From the human T2T-CHM13v2.0 reference genome, Homo sapiens, in assembly GCF_009914755.1 (NCBI RefSeq), contig NC_060942.1: 64,000 nt of DNA, one strand, 5' to 3'. This document shows, in pieces, positions 42,089 to 54,169 of the stretch (position 1 is its first letter; the number at the start of each line of letters is the position of its first letter). A model generated the notes under the pieces. That model searched no databases. It was given only the letters and a program-made list of their open reading frames with translations, and was not told the origin of the DNA. The position numbers and the translations under genes are program-made.

Positions 42089-43850
42089 GGAGTTGGCAAG
42101 ATGGTCAACTAGATGCAGGCAGGAGGAACATCTGTCACTAAGGGACTGGGCCATAGGGAAGACTGGTGCACTCCAAGCAGATCTTCAGAGGAAAGGCATT
42201 GAGAACAGACAGAGGGAAGATGCTGGGCTGAAGGGAGAGGAAGCTGGGAATCCTGCACAAGGCTACTGGGCTCCAGGACTCATTCCTGGGCCCAAAGAGC
42301 TCCTGGGGAAGGGGATGAGTTGAATAGGCAAGGAGAAACTCACTCTTGCCATGGTCCTCTGGAATCCCAGCAGGAGGAGACTCCACGACCACCACGGACA
42401 CTTGAATTGGCAGGGAGAGCTGCTTGGGGAAATGGTAGGTGCAGAATTCCAACCAGTGTGGAGCCCAGAGTATTTGGTGTTCGACTGTCAGTAGTGGAAC
42501 ACAGCCATAAAGTCCATACCCCTAGCCTTGACTTGTTCCCATAGGAGACTTTAGCCCTGTGGGAGCTGTGGGATCTGAACTTTGCAAGGCAGTTTTCCCT
42601 ATGAGACGAGGTAGGTCCGACCTGAGCACTCCTCGGTCTGCTGGCCTCTCCTAGCACCCCAGCCTGACTGTGCCTGCTTGGAGCGCAGCCCCTCACCCCC
42701 ACCCCAGGTAACTCCTGGGGGCTAATATCAGAGCTCCCGTGCTGGCAGACAGTGGAGAGTGGAGAGGAGTGGAGTGGCACCTACAGACACACACCAGCCC
42801 CCTGGCATTCTCCCCCCACTGCAGCCTCTCGCATGCCACTTTGCCTGCACGCACTTGCTCACGGCCATGCCCCACATCACTTTGCTGGCGCCTGTGTGCC
42901 TGGGCGGACCTTGCCTCCCCTTCCCCACCACACGCACGTGTGCATGCCCTCTGCCGTGCCACTGCTGCAGGTGTGAGTCCACCTCTCCTCACTACCCGCG
43001 GTGCAGGATCATTGCCTTTGGAGCATTGGTGGGCACTGATCTCGCCTGCTCAGCCTCCTCCAGCACCCTGCCCCTGCGCCCAACATATAGAAAACATAAC
43101 TGACTTGATATAGCTTAAAATACACTATATGAATTTCATAATGCAATCGCAAGTATTAACAACAGAATAGACCAAGCCGAGAAAAGAATCCCAGAGCTTG
43201 AAGACTGGCTTTCTGAAATAAGACAGTCGGACAAGAATAAAAAAAGAAAAATGAAAAGGAAAGAACGAAACCACCAAGAAATATGGAATCATGTAAAGAC
43301 ACCAAATGTATGACTCATTGGCATCTCTGAGGAGGTGAGAAGAATGGAAGCAACTTGGAAAACATATTTCAGGATATCATCCATGAGAACTTCCCCCAAT
43401 GCAAAGACATGGAATCCACCGAAATGCCTACTAATGACAGATTGAACAAAGAAAATGTAGTATCTACACACTATGGAATATTATGCAGCCATAAAAAAAG
43501 AATGAGATCATGTCCCTTGCAGGAACGTGGATGGATCTGGAGGCTATTATCGTTAGCAAACTAATGCAGGGACATAAAACCAAATGGAGCATCTTCTCAC
43601 CTATAAGAAGGAGCTAAATGATGAGAACACATGGACACAAAGAGGGGAGCAACAGACACTGGGGCCTACCTGAGGGTGGAATATGGGAGGCGGGAGAGGA
43701 TCAGAAAAAATAATTATTGGGTACTAGACTTAGTACCTGTCTGACAAAATAATCTGTATAACAAACTCCAATGACACAAGTTTACCTAAGTAACAAACCT
43801 GCACAAGCACCCCTGAACCTAAATAAAACTTTAAAAATAAAATAATAATA
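42089..43850 (+). mobile_element. L1PA14-16-like element: 5' UTR, ORF1 piece and 3' end (two internal deletions)
   Basis: 5' GGCAAGATGGTCAACTAGATGCAG. ORF1 AGAATAGACCAAGC..GAGCTTGAAGACTGG. 3' GAGAGGATCAGAAAAAATAA..ACCCCTGAACCTAAA. Confidence 0.9.
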
Positions 43851-43954
43851 ATTGAAAAGGAAATTATTTTACTGGAACTGGTGTCAGAGGGTTTTAGACT
43901 TCTCCAAGTAAAATGCTAACTTTTGCCTGGTGTTCTGCTGTGATCCTTTTAATA

Positions 43955-44002
43955 TTAGGTTGGTGCAAAAGTAATTGTGGTTTTTACCATTACTTTTAAT
44001 GG
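43955..44002. mobile_element. MADE1 (Hsmar1-derived MITE), truncated
   Basis: TA followed by TTAGGTTGGTGCAAAAGTAATTGTGGTTTTTACCATTACTTTTAATGG. Second TIR absent. Confidence 0.92.
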
Positions 44003-44032
44003 GCTGGCTTCTAGGAGAGAGAAAGGCTATAA

Positions 44033-44057
44033 ACACACACACACACACACACACACA
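44033..44057. repeat. (CA)n microsatellite
   Basis: Directly visible. Confidence 0.97.
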
Positions 44058-44149
44058 TTTACATAGTTAAGTTTGATATTGGGCAATTTATATGAATTTT
44101 CTGAGTCCAACTTTAAAATTTGGTGCTTGTGTATCTTTCCCAAAATTAT

Positions 44150-44960
44150 TTTTCAGCTCAAACACCTTCATGGAACTACAGAATCAATTGCCTAATTCAT
44201 TTAACTATCTAATGGCCTCGCTCAATTTAGCATTTAAAAAGAATATTACATTTGAGAACAGGTCTTATTAGAGTCTTTCTCATTTCAATAAATGCCCATT
44301 TCATTTATCCATTGCTTGTGCAAAAATTTTAAAGTCCAGAATTCAATCACTATGTAATGTAAGTTCTCGAATTATCTAGTTTGAAGCATTGAGGTTGCTT
44401 TCTACCTGATCTCCCTTCTGTTTCCCAACCCCAAGAAGGTACTCTGCACACAGCAGCTATCGTAGCTTTTTCTCTTAGGTTCAGATCCCCCCATAGCTTC
44501 CCAGTTCAGTCAGAATAATCCCGGGATCTATTCAGGCATCATGTCCTACAGGATGTACTTGATATGATCGCCTGCTTCCTCCATTACCTGCTCTTCTACT
44601 ACTTATTCATGGGATACCTTGGCTCTTGAAACACTGACCTCCTGAAGCTCCTTCAACACACTTAGACTGCTCACACCTCAGTGACTTTGTACTTGATACT
44701 TCCTATGCATGTAACATTCCTCTCCCAGGTACGACGTGGTACACTCCCTTCCTTCCCTCAGATGTCTGCTAAGATATCCCAGCATTAGCAAGACCTTACT
44801 TGATCATTGTTACAAAATAGCACAGACTGAAAGATCATGCATTTGTTATTTATTTGCTTATTTTTATCTCAACAACTGGAAGCTCCTTAAAAACAAAGAC
44901 TCTATCTGTTTATTTCACTGTCAAATCCTCAGCTACTTGAACAGCTGTTTCATGAGTAAT
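44150..44960 (+). mobile_element. L2 3' region
   Basis: CTCTGCACACAGCAGC, ACCTCAGTGACTTTGTACTTG and GAAGCTCCTT..TCTGTTTATTTCACTG. Confidence 0.75.
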
Positions 44961-46794
44961 TATTTTATATGACTTGCCATGAAAATTCATGGTCACAAGA
45001 AATTAGGCTCAGCCCAGTGAGGCCATCCATTCTGGGGTACCCTCACTTTTTACACTCAGCTAGTATGTAAAGTATACACAGCCTGCTCAGACCTCTGTGA
45101 CTAGCCCTCATTCTCCAAGGCAGGGGCATCTTATCAAAACTGGCTACTCATTAACTGACAACAGCTGCTGGTCTAGATACTGATTTATCATGGATCTAGT
45201 ATAGTAAATCCTTAACGATTCCTTGAGTTAACGCTGGAATGCAAATCTATTCCTCAGCAAATCCTGAGGTACACCTCAAATTGGAGTAATGACTTCAGAG
45301 CCAGCTTTTTGCTATTTCCTTCCATATCTATTTGTTTATGGAGGAAGTACAGATGCTTGCTTGAAATTATCACGTTTCAGGATGATTTAACCATGCCAAC
45401 CATGTATGTTTATTTACAGCCTTTCTCTCTCCTAGTCCCCAAGTGTGAGTCTAAACTGCCACTCATGCATGGATTTCAGTGAGAGTCATCACACTATAGG
45501 CTTATTGATTGCAACCCTCTGATATCCTGCTGGGTTAAGTTAATCAGGCATCTTTCTCCTCATTAATTTATGTAAATATAAAAAACATGCGCAGTGCAGA
45601 TGACTCTTGGACAGTTACACATTTAATTATAACATTGCTATGTATTTCTAATTGCAGTCTTTTAGCATTAATTTTTTTTCTGGATATTAGAAAGCCTTTT
45701 TGAATTACGGTTTTATGTATTTTTAATCTTAGCAAAACGTCTTACAATGTAAATTGTATCCTTGCTTTCAACTGCTATTGCTTCCATCATTCTTATATGT
45801 TATTTCTCTTTTGTGTCCATATAATATCATTTTTCTTACTTTTTCCTATATTTATCCCTTTCCTGTATATTCTAAAATATTTCAACTAGTTCTTTCACAT
45901 TTTATATTTTAAATAACAGTTTCGTTAAACTATAATTCACATAAAATAAAATTTACCCCTTTAGAGTCTATAATCCAGTGGTTTTGATTGTATTTACACA
46001 GTTGTGCAACCGTCACCACTATTTTATTTTAGAAGATTTTTGTCACCCTCAAATAGAAACCCTTTACCAATTACCAGCCACTTGCCATTCCCCATGCTTC
46101 CCCCAAACCTCTGACAAGAAAAAGCACACTTCTCTTTTCTGTAATTTGCCCATACTGAATATTTCCTATAAATGGACAGTGTGTGTGACCTCTATGAATA
46201 GTTTATTTCATTTAGCATAATGTTTCCAGGGTCCATCTTTGTAGCATATATCAGCACTTCCTTCATTTTCATTGCAGAATAATATTCATTTGAATGGGTA
46301 TACCACTTTTTACTTATTTATTCATCAGCTGATGAACACGGATTATTTCCACTTTTTTTGCTGTTATGAATAAAGCTGCTATAAGCATTTTTGTATAGGT
46401 TTTTATGAACGTATGCTTTTAATTCTTTTGAACATATAACCAGAAAAGGAATTTTGGGACCTTAATGAAATTGCTTGTTTAACATTTTCAGGATCTGCCA
46501 AAATATTTTCAAAAGTGACTGTACCATTTTACAATCCTCCCAGCAACTTATGGGGACTCCACTTTCCCCTTATCCTCATCAGTACTTGTTACTGTCTGTC
46601 TTTTTCATGTTAGCCATCCTGGGGGGTCTGAAGTAGTATTTTATTGTAGGCTTGATTTGTGTTACCACAATAATTAATGATGTTCAACATCTTTAAATGT
46701 GCTTATCATCCATTTGCATATCCTCTTTGAAGAAACATTTATTTAAATCATTTGCTCCTACTATTTGTCCATTTGTTATTGAGTTTATGAGTTC

Positions 46795-47375
46795 ATAAAA
46801 ATGCAAAGATAGTGAATCTTAAGTGTTCTCAGCACAAAAATGATAAATATGTGAGGTAATACATTTGTTAATTAGCTAGATTTAACTACTCCACCCTATA
46901 TAGGTACTTTAAAGCATCATGTTGTACGTGATAACTACATACAATTTTATCTGCAAAACATAAATAAGTACATTAATTAATTAGTTAATTAATTTTAAAA
47001 ATAAAAATTGCCCAGGCCAGGCACAGTGGCTCATGCCTGTAATCCCAGCACTTTGGGAGGCTGAGGCAGGAGGATTGCTTGAACCCAGGAGTTTGAGACC
47101 AGCTTAGGCAAGGAACATATATCGTGCAATCTTGCTCGACCCCATGAATAATGTACCAGTGAGACCCTGTCTCTACAAAACATTTTAAAAATTAGCCAGG
47201 TGTGGTGGTATGCACCTATAGTCCCAGCTACTCGGGAGGCTGAGGCGGGAGAATTGCTTGAGCCCAGGAGGTAGAGGCTAGAGTGAGCTGTGATTGTGCC
47301 ACTGCACTCCAACCCAGATGACAGAGCAAGACCCTGCCTCAAAGAAAATAAAAAGAAAAATTGTTCAGTTAAAAA
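46795..47375 (+). mobile_element. L1MA9/10-like 3' end inserted in the L1MB, with an Alu in its tail
   Basis: GAATCTTAAGTGTTCTCAGCACAAAAATGATAAATATGTGAGGTAAT..TTAATTAGCTAGATT. Flanking direct repeat ATGAGTTC at 46787-94 and 47376-83. Confidence 0.85.
47015..47355 (+). mobile_element. AluJ carrying a ~45-bp non-Alu insert
   Basis: Full Alu. TSD AAAAATTGCCCA / AAAAATTGTTCA. Extra sequence between GGCAA and AGTGAGACC. Confidence 0.96.
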
Positions 47376-47870
47376 ATGAGTTCTTTGGATGTTCTGGGTA
47401 CGAGGCTTTTTATCAAATATATGATTTACAAATAAATCCTTGCATTATGTCATTTTTCTACTTTCTTGATGGTCCTTAGAAGTAAAAGTAATTTTTATGA
47501 TTTATCTCTTTTTCCTTTAGATGTATGTGTTGGGATTACATCTAAAAAGTCATAGGCCAATAATTATTCCTCTGTTTTCTCCAAAAAGTTATATATTTTA
47601 CATTAAGAACTTTGATCCAGTTCAAGCTGAGTTTTGTGTATGGGGTGAGGAAGGGCTCCAAATTCATTTTTTGTAAATGAATATGCAGTTGTCTCATCAC
47701 CGTTTGTTAAAAGGACTACTTGACAATTAATTTTCTTGGTACTCATGTTGAATCAATTGATGATAAAGGTAGGAGTTGATTTCTGGATTCTCCGTATTAT
47801 TCTATATATCTATATGTTTATCCTTTTGCCAGTATCATGCTGTCCTGATTGCTGTAGCTTGTAGTAAGTT

Positions 47871-48161
47871 GTTTGTTTGTTTGTTTGTTTGTTTGTGACA
47901 GGTTCTTACTCTGTCACCAAGGGTGCAGGGCAGTGGCATGATCATGACTAATTTCAGCCTTGACCTCCTGGGTTCAGGTGATCCTCCCACCTCAGCCTCT
48001 CGAGTAGCTGTGACTACAGGTACATGCCACCACACCAAGCTAATTCTTATAGTTTTTGTAGAGATGAGGTTTCATCACGTTGCTCAGTCTGGTCTCAAAC
48101 TCCTGAGCTCAAGCAATCTACCCACCTCAGCCTCTCAAAGTGCTAGGCGCCATGCCTGTCC
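47871..48161 (-). mobile_element. AluJ with (GTTT)n tail
   Basis: Antisense Alu. TSD TGTAGTAAGTT / TGTAGTATGTT. Confidence 0.95.
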
Positions 48162-48441
48162 TGTAGTATGTTTTGCAATTTGAAGTGTGAGACCTCCAAA
48201 TTTGTTCCTCTTTTCTAAGATCATGTTGGCTATTTTACATTCTTGCGCTGCCATAATAATTTTAGTATCAGTTTATCAATTTCTACCAAAGAAAAAAGCC
48301 ACCCAGGATTTTGATAGGAACTTAGAGTCTGTAGATCAATTTGTGGAGTATTGCCATGTTAATAATATTAAGATTCTGGATTTATGAGCCTGGGATAACT
48401 TTACATTTATTTAGGTATTATTTAATTTCTTTCAACAATGT

Positions 48442-48831
48442 TGACATAGTTTGGATATTTGTCCCCACCCAAATGTCATGCTGAATTGTAATCCCCAATG
48501 CTGGAGGTGGGGCCTGGTGGGAACTGTTTGGGTCCTGGGGGTGAATCCCTCCGGGCTTGGTGCTGTCTTTGCCATAGTGAGTTCTTGTCATTTAAAAGTA
48601 TGTGGTACCTCTGCTACCCCCACTCTTCCTCTTTCTCTCTCTTACTCCTGCTTTCACCATGTGATGTGCCTGTTCCTGCTTCACCTTCAGGCAAAAGTCA
48701 AACCTCCTTGAGGCCTCCCCAGAAGCCTAGCAATGTCAGCACCATGCTACACAGCCAATTAAGCCTCTTTTCTATATGAAATACCTAGTCTCTAATTTTT
48801 TTTTGTAGCAGTGCAAGAACAGCCTAATACA
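48442..48831 (+). mobile_element. MaLR solo LTR (MSTA/B-like)
   Basis: TGACATAGTTTGGATATTTGTCCCC...CCTAATACA. Perfect 5-bp TSD AATGT at 48437-41 and 48832-36. Confidence 0.95.
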
Positions 48832-49669
48832 AATGTTTTCTACTTTTGAAAGTATAAGTTTTTAACCTCCTTTCAAAATTTATTCAATCTTTACTATTTT
48901 GATGGTGTTATAAGTGAAATTGTTCTTATATTAATTTTTGGACTATTTGTTGCTAAGGAATAAAAATAAAGTTGTTTTTTAAATATTTACCCTGCAAACT
49001 TACTAAGTTCATTTATTAGTGCTAATAACATTTTTGCATATAAATTTCATACGATTTTCTATGTAGAAGATCACATTATCTGTAAATAGAAAGAGTATTT
49101 TGTTTGTTTGTTTGTTTTTTGTTTTTTGTTTTACTTCTTTTCAATCAGGATGCCTTTCAGGTTTTTTCTTGCCTGACTGTCATGGCTAGAACCTCTAGTA
49201 AAATGTTAAATAGACGTGGTAAGGGCGAACATCCTTAGGGTCTTTCTGACATTAGGGGAAAAGTTTTCAGTCTTTCCCTATTAAATTGGCTGTGGGTTTT
49301 TATAGACACCTTTAGGAAGTTGAGAATGTTCTATTCATAGTTTGTGGAGTTTTTTAATGAATTCATGTTGGACTTTGTCCAATAGTTTTTCCTGCATTTA
49401 TTGAGATGATCATGTGGTTTTGTTATTTAGTCCTAAATGTCATTCTGTTATTGATTTCTAATTTTATTCTGTTGTGATAATAAAACATATTTTGTATTTC
49501 CACTCAAAATTCATTGAGGCTTATTTTATAGACTAACATATAGTACATCCTGGAGAATGTTCCATTTGCCCATGAGAAGGACAATGTTTTGGAGGAGCAT
49601 TCTGTAGAAATCTGTCCATTCTAGTTGTTTTATAATTTTATTCAATACTTATATCCCTTTGTTGCTCTT

Positions 49670-49743
49670 CTGCCTAGTTATTTTATTAATTATTGAAAGG
49701 TGGTTACTGCCTAGTTGTTATATTAATTATTGAACGGTGGGTA
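49670..49743. repeat. 37-bp tandem duplication in L1
   Basis: CTGCCTAGTT(A/G)TT(T/A)TATTAATTATTGAA(A/C)GGTGG(T/G)TA x2. Confidence 0.9.
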
Positions 49744-50937
49744 TTGAATTTTTAAAACTATTATTGTTGAATTGTTTATTTGTTCAATGTTGTCAGTTTT
49801 TCCTTCATGTATTTTGATAGTCTGTTTCTAGGTGCATTTATATTTATAACTTTATGTCTTCTTGATGGATTGACCATTTTATCATTATAAAATGTCCTTC
49901 TCTTACAATAATTTTTCTCTAGCAACAATTTTGGTCTTAAACTCTATTTTGTTTATATTAATATAGCCACTCTACCTCTAATTTGTGTCCTATTTGCATG
50001 GCATATCTCTTTCCATCCTTTATTTTCAAGCTCTTTGTGTCTTTGAGTCTAAAGTGTGTCTCTTGTGGGCAGCATATAGTTGGATTGCACAATTTTTCAT
50101 CATTTCTGTCAAGCTCTTCCTTGTGTTTGGATTGTTTAGTTGAATTATATTTGAATTTTGTTACTTACTTTTTTGCTCATATGTTAATTAGTCTGACACA
50201 ATCTGGTCCCCATGAAGCCTCTACAGACTTTATATCACTTAACAGTTTCCAAGTGCCATGTGGGTTTTTTTTTTTTTTTTGCATTTTATTAGACATGCCC
50301 ATATTTTTAACATCCTATGATTTTTGAAGTCTATCATTTTAAATAATATATGTTTATTCTGAATCTTCAACTTACTTCTTGTTTTCTCTTCTCCTGCATT
50401 TTTTGTAGATTTTATGTTGTTGTAGCTGCAGTATTCCTATTTGCCCTTCACAGACTGCATTAAAATTCACTGTAGCTTTTGGATTAATACTAAACAAATA
50501 TAAAAACATTACCCTTTTATTATCAGCTTTTGGCAAATTACTTTTTAGGCTGAGCCTTCTCAAATTTCATCTAAAGTAAAGTTTGTGTTTGCTGGACTGG
50601 TGTGAGATTTCTCTTATTTGAATTGCAGAGTTTTCTCAGTTGTCAGAAAGACAGGTGTTCTCTTTTTAGGATGCAAGCCTAGTAATTCTTTTATGTATGC
50701 TCACATATTTGTGATATAGTTTTCATGCTAGGGAAAGTTAATACCTGGTTTTCTGATTTGTTTGGCCATGGGTCCTCAGAAAGTACTTTGAAAGTATAGT
50801 TGGATCATAACATTACCTATTTTTTTTCTAGTTTTTCTTAACCTGCTGTTTCATGGAGGAGAACATGTAGAACACAGATATGTTGCCTGTCCCAATCCCA
50901 TCAGGACTGGTTTTAGTCAGATTGCATTATACTTGTA

Positions 50938-51147
50938 CAAAGACTGAGTATTCCTTATTGAAAAGTCTTGGGATGAGAAGTGTTGCAAATTTGGGGTTTT
51001 TGTCAGATTTTAGAATATTTGCACATACATAATCACATGAGGTCAGATGCAAAATTTTCTACTTATGATATCAGGTTAGTGCTTCGAAAGTTTTGGATTT
51101 TGTAACATTTTAGATTTCAAATTTTCAGATTAGAGATGCTCCACCTG
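50938..51147. mobile_element. Tigger4/MER46-type DNA transposon (internally deleted)
   Basis: TA-flanked ends, CA..TGAGTATTCCTTA ... TTAGAGATGCTCCACCTG, with repeated GATTTT motifs. Confidence 0.85.
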
Positions 51148-51149
51148 TA

Positions 51150-51830
51150 CCACAATTTCTTTACACATTCATTTATAGATCGTAAATTAGGTTGGTGTTT
51201 GGTTACTGTGAATGGTGCTGCTGTAAACACGCATGTACATGTACCAGTTTGAGTAACTGTTTTCAATTCTTTGGGGTATATATCTAAAAGTGGAATTTAA
51301 AGATCATATGGAAATTTCATGTTTCCCTTTTTGAAGATGTGCTTAACTTTTTTCCACAGTGGCCAATCCATTTTGCATTTCCATTTACAATGTTGGAGTG
51401 TTCCAATTTCTCTGAATTCTGGCCAACATTTAGCCATCCTAAAAGCTGATAATTCATTGTGGTTTTAATTTGCATTTGCATTACCCTACTTGCTAATGAT
51501 TTTGAGTACTTTTTATGTGTTTATTGGCTGTTGTATATCTTCTTTGTAGAAATACTTATTCATGTTATTTATTCATTATTTATTTAGATAGGTTTTTTGT
51601 TACTGAGTTGTAAAAGTTATTTTTATATTCTGGATCTTAGATCTGTTATCAGATATATAATTCGCAAATATTTTCTTCTATTCTGCAGGTTGTCTTTTCG
51701 CTTGCTGACAAATGACATTTGATGCAAAAAGAAATTGAAATTTTGAAAAGGTGAAACTTTGTGTAGTTTTTCCTTGCTTTTAGAGTCACATCTGAAAATC
51801 TTGCTGAAGTGTCCTTCAATTTTATGGTGC
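51150..51830 (-). mobile_element. L1MB-like fragment
   Basis: GTTTTCAATTCTTTGGGGTATATATCTAAAAGTGGAATT and TCATTGTGGTTTTAATTTGCATTT. Confidence 0.8.
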
Positions 51831-51927
51831 CATTTGTCTTACAACACACAAATTTTCCTCTTTTATTTTTTTTCTTTCATCACCCTATTGACAAAGAGTG
51901 TCTCTCCCTTTCCTCCATTCATTAAGA

Positions 51928-52100
51928 ATTTTTTTTTTTTTTTTTTTTTTTTTGATACAGGGTCTTGCTCTGTCACCCAGGCTGGAATGCAATGGTGCGG
52001 TCATGGCTCACTGAAACCTCAACCTTCCAGGCTCTAGGGATCCTCCCACCTCAGCTCCCCAAAGTGCTGAGATTATAGACATGAGCCACTGCACTCACTC
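51928..52100 (-). mobile_element. Monomeric Alu (FRAM-like or arm-recombined AluJ)
   Basis: T tract and right-arm sequence run directly into CCCAAAGTGCTGAGATTATAGACATGAGCCAC. Confidence 0.9.
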
Positions 52101-52687
52101 TATCTCAGATTCCTGAAGCTGGCTTCTCACTTAATGTCCTTAATGTAAGAAAAGAACAGGAGTTCAAGTAGCATGTACTTGCAAGTGTTAGAGAGTTTTA
52201 GCCTAATACGAGGCAGTATTTAAAATTTTTATTCAAAATACAGACAAAAATATATTAATGGATGTCCAACATGGCACCCAAAAGACAAAGAAGCTTCTTA
52301 AGTGTGGGCAGACTACATCTCACTTCTGGACTTAAGAAAGTATGAAAACAATTTGTGAAATGATACAGTTTTATCATGTGTCTCCTCACCCATGCTAGGG
52401 ACTCTTGATCACCCAGCTGGCCTTGAAGGGGCATTGGTGAAAACCTGCTGCTTATTCTAAAAAATCTGATAACGGTAACAGGACAGGATATTCAAATAAT
52501 GACACCTAATTATCAGGAGCAAGCTCAGAAAAATAATGGTACCTGTAGTCATAGAAAGGAAGGTCAGTCACAAAGAAGTAGAACATATCCCACCCAAAAC
52601 AGACATACTGGTTGATTGTAAAAAGGAGTTAAATAGAAAATTATCTATAGCACTGTATATACTAGTTTAGCCTACATCCATACACAT

Positions 52688-52688
<1 letters not shown>

Positions 52689-52722
<34 letters not shown>
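52689..52722. repeat. (CA)n microsatellite
   Basis: Directly visible. Confidence 0.97.
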
Positions 52723-52724
<2 letters not shown>

Positions 52725-52739
52725 TAAATTTTTAGAAAG

Positions 52740-54150
52740 TAAAACATAACTTACTGAGCCAAGAATTGAGCATATACCATGCTGAATACAAGAAGATAAA
52801 TTTCCTTTTTGACCCCAAAATTATTGAAGGAAACATCTGAATATACCAAATAAAACTATAATGAGAGTAAAAATTTGGGAACGAAAAATATACATGTTGA
52901 ATAAACCTTGGAAATATATTATCCCAAAAAATAAAAGTTAAAAAATTAAAAAATGGAAATTGGTGAAAGACAGAATGTAAATAAACAAAAACAATTGTTT
53001 TGAGATAAACAAAGCCTGCAAATTAAAAGGGTTTCCCAAATTCTGGCTGGAAAAATGGAAAAAGACACAGGCTCGCCTATACTCATAAAAAAAAGAAGTC
53101 AGTATAGCATTACCCCTCTCATCTGACACTGATAATTGGAAGATAATGGAATACTACCTACAGGCTACTGAAGGAAGAGGGAAAAATTAAACTCAATAGT
53201 TCTACAGTTAGTGAAGATATTATTTCTCCAGGAGGAAAAGAGATAATTTAGAGTTATACATAATTAAGATATTATTACATTCACATAATTCAAATGAGGA
53301 AAATCTTGGAAAATGTCAAACTTAGTACTAAAAATCATAATAAAAATATCCATGCAATAATGGAGAAAAATAAAGATAAGATTGTAATTAATATGAATTA
53401 TTAGGTACAAATGGATAATGACAGCATACAGCATTAATCTTACACGATGGCACAAGAACAAGAGAAATACTGCAAAGCACATTTGAATAATGGCCTAGAA
53501 CCTAAAATACTAATAATCATTTAATAATATGAATGAAATGTAGACAGTATGTCAATCATTGCATGAATGTGAATGGATTGAATTTTCCAATTAAAATATG
53601 TGTATTAAGAAAACAACACTCAGTTATACAGTTTACAACAAACACACTTAAGGTTGTAAAAAGAGTTGATAGTAAAGAAAAGGGTAAGGGGATATAAAGC
53701 AACTGTAAACAAAGATGAAGCAGAAATGATAATGTTATTATCTTGTAAGTGAAATATATGATTAAAAAGCACTAATCAAAGAAAGAGGAAAGATTTCCTT
53801 TTTTTCTGATATACACTGTAAGGTGAAGATGTAACCATTATAAATTAAAAACACACATATCAGAAATTATATTAAATGTAAAAGGACTAAATAATTGATT
53901 TAAAACACTAAGGTCATCAAACCACATTATATATTGCTTACAAAAGACAGACATTAAATATAATGACACAAAAGGTAGAAAGGTAGAAAGTAAAAGGAAT
54001 AAAATGTAATATCATGCAAACATTCACAAAAGAAAGCTAGAGAAGCTATACTAACATCAGAATAAATCATATTAAGCAATAAGTTCATAATGATAAAAGA
54101 ACCAATCAAACAAGAAAATAAATGTACGTTTACATGCCTCTAATAACAAA
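52740..54150 (+). mobile_element. Ancient L1M ORF1/ORF2-start remnants
   Basis: GAATGTGAATGGATTGAATTTTCCAATTAAAA (NVNGLN.PIK) at ~53565, and ATCATGCAAAC..AAAGAAAGCTAGAG. Confidence 0.65.
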
Positions 54151-54169
54151 GTCATCCTACACTTTACAT

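Larger units (their letters stand above)
45905..50160 (-). mobile_element. L1MB-like element (3' end to ORF2) hosting L1MA, two Alus and an MST LTR
   Basis: TATAATTCACATA..ACAGTTGTGCAACCGTCACCAC at the 3' end. Antisense ORF2 motifs continue between the insertions. Confidence 0.85.

Noticed and set aside
42093-43113. Dense overlapping ORFs on both strands, resembling a gene or CpG-island promoter
   Set aside because: Explained by the GC-rich L1 5' UTR, which has few stop codons.
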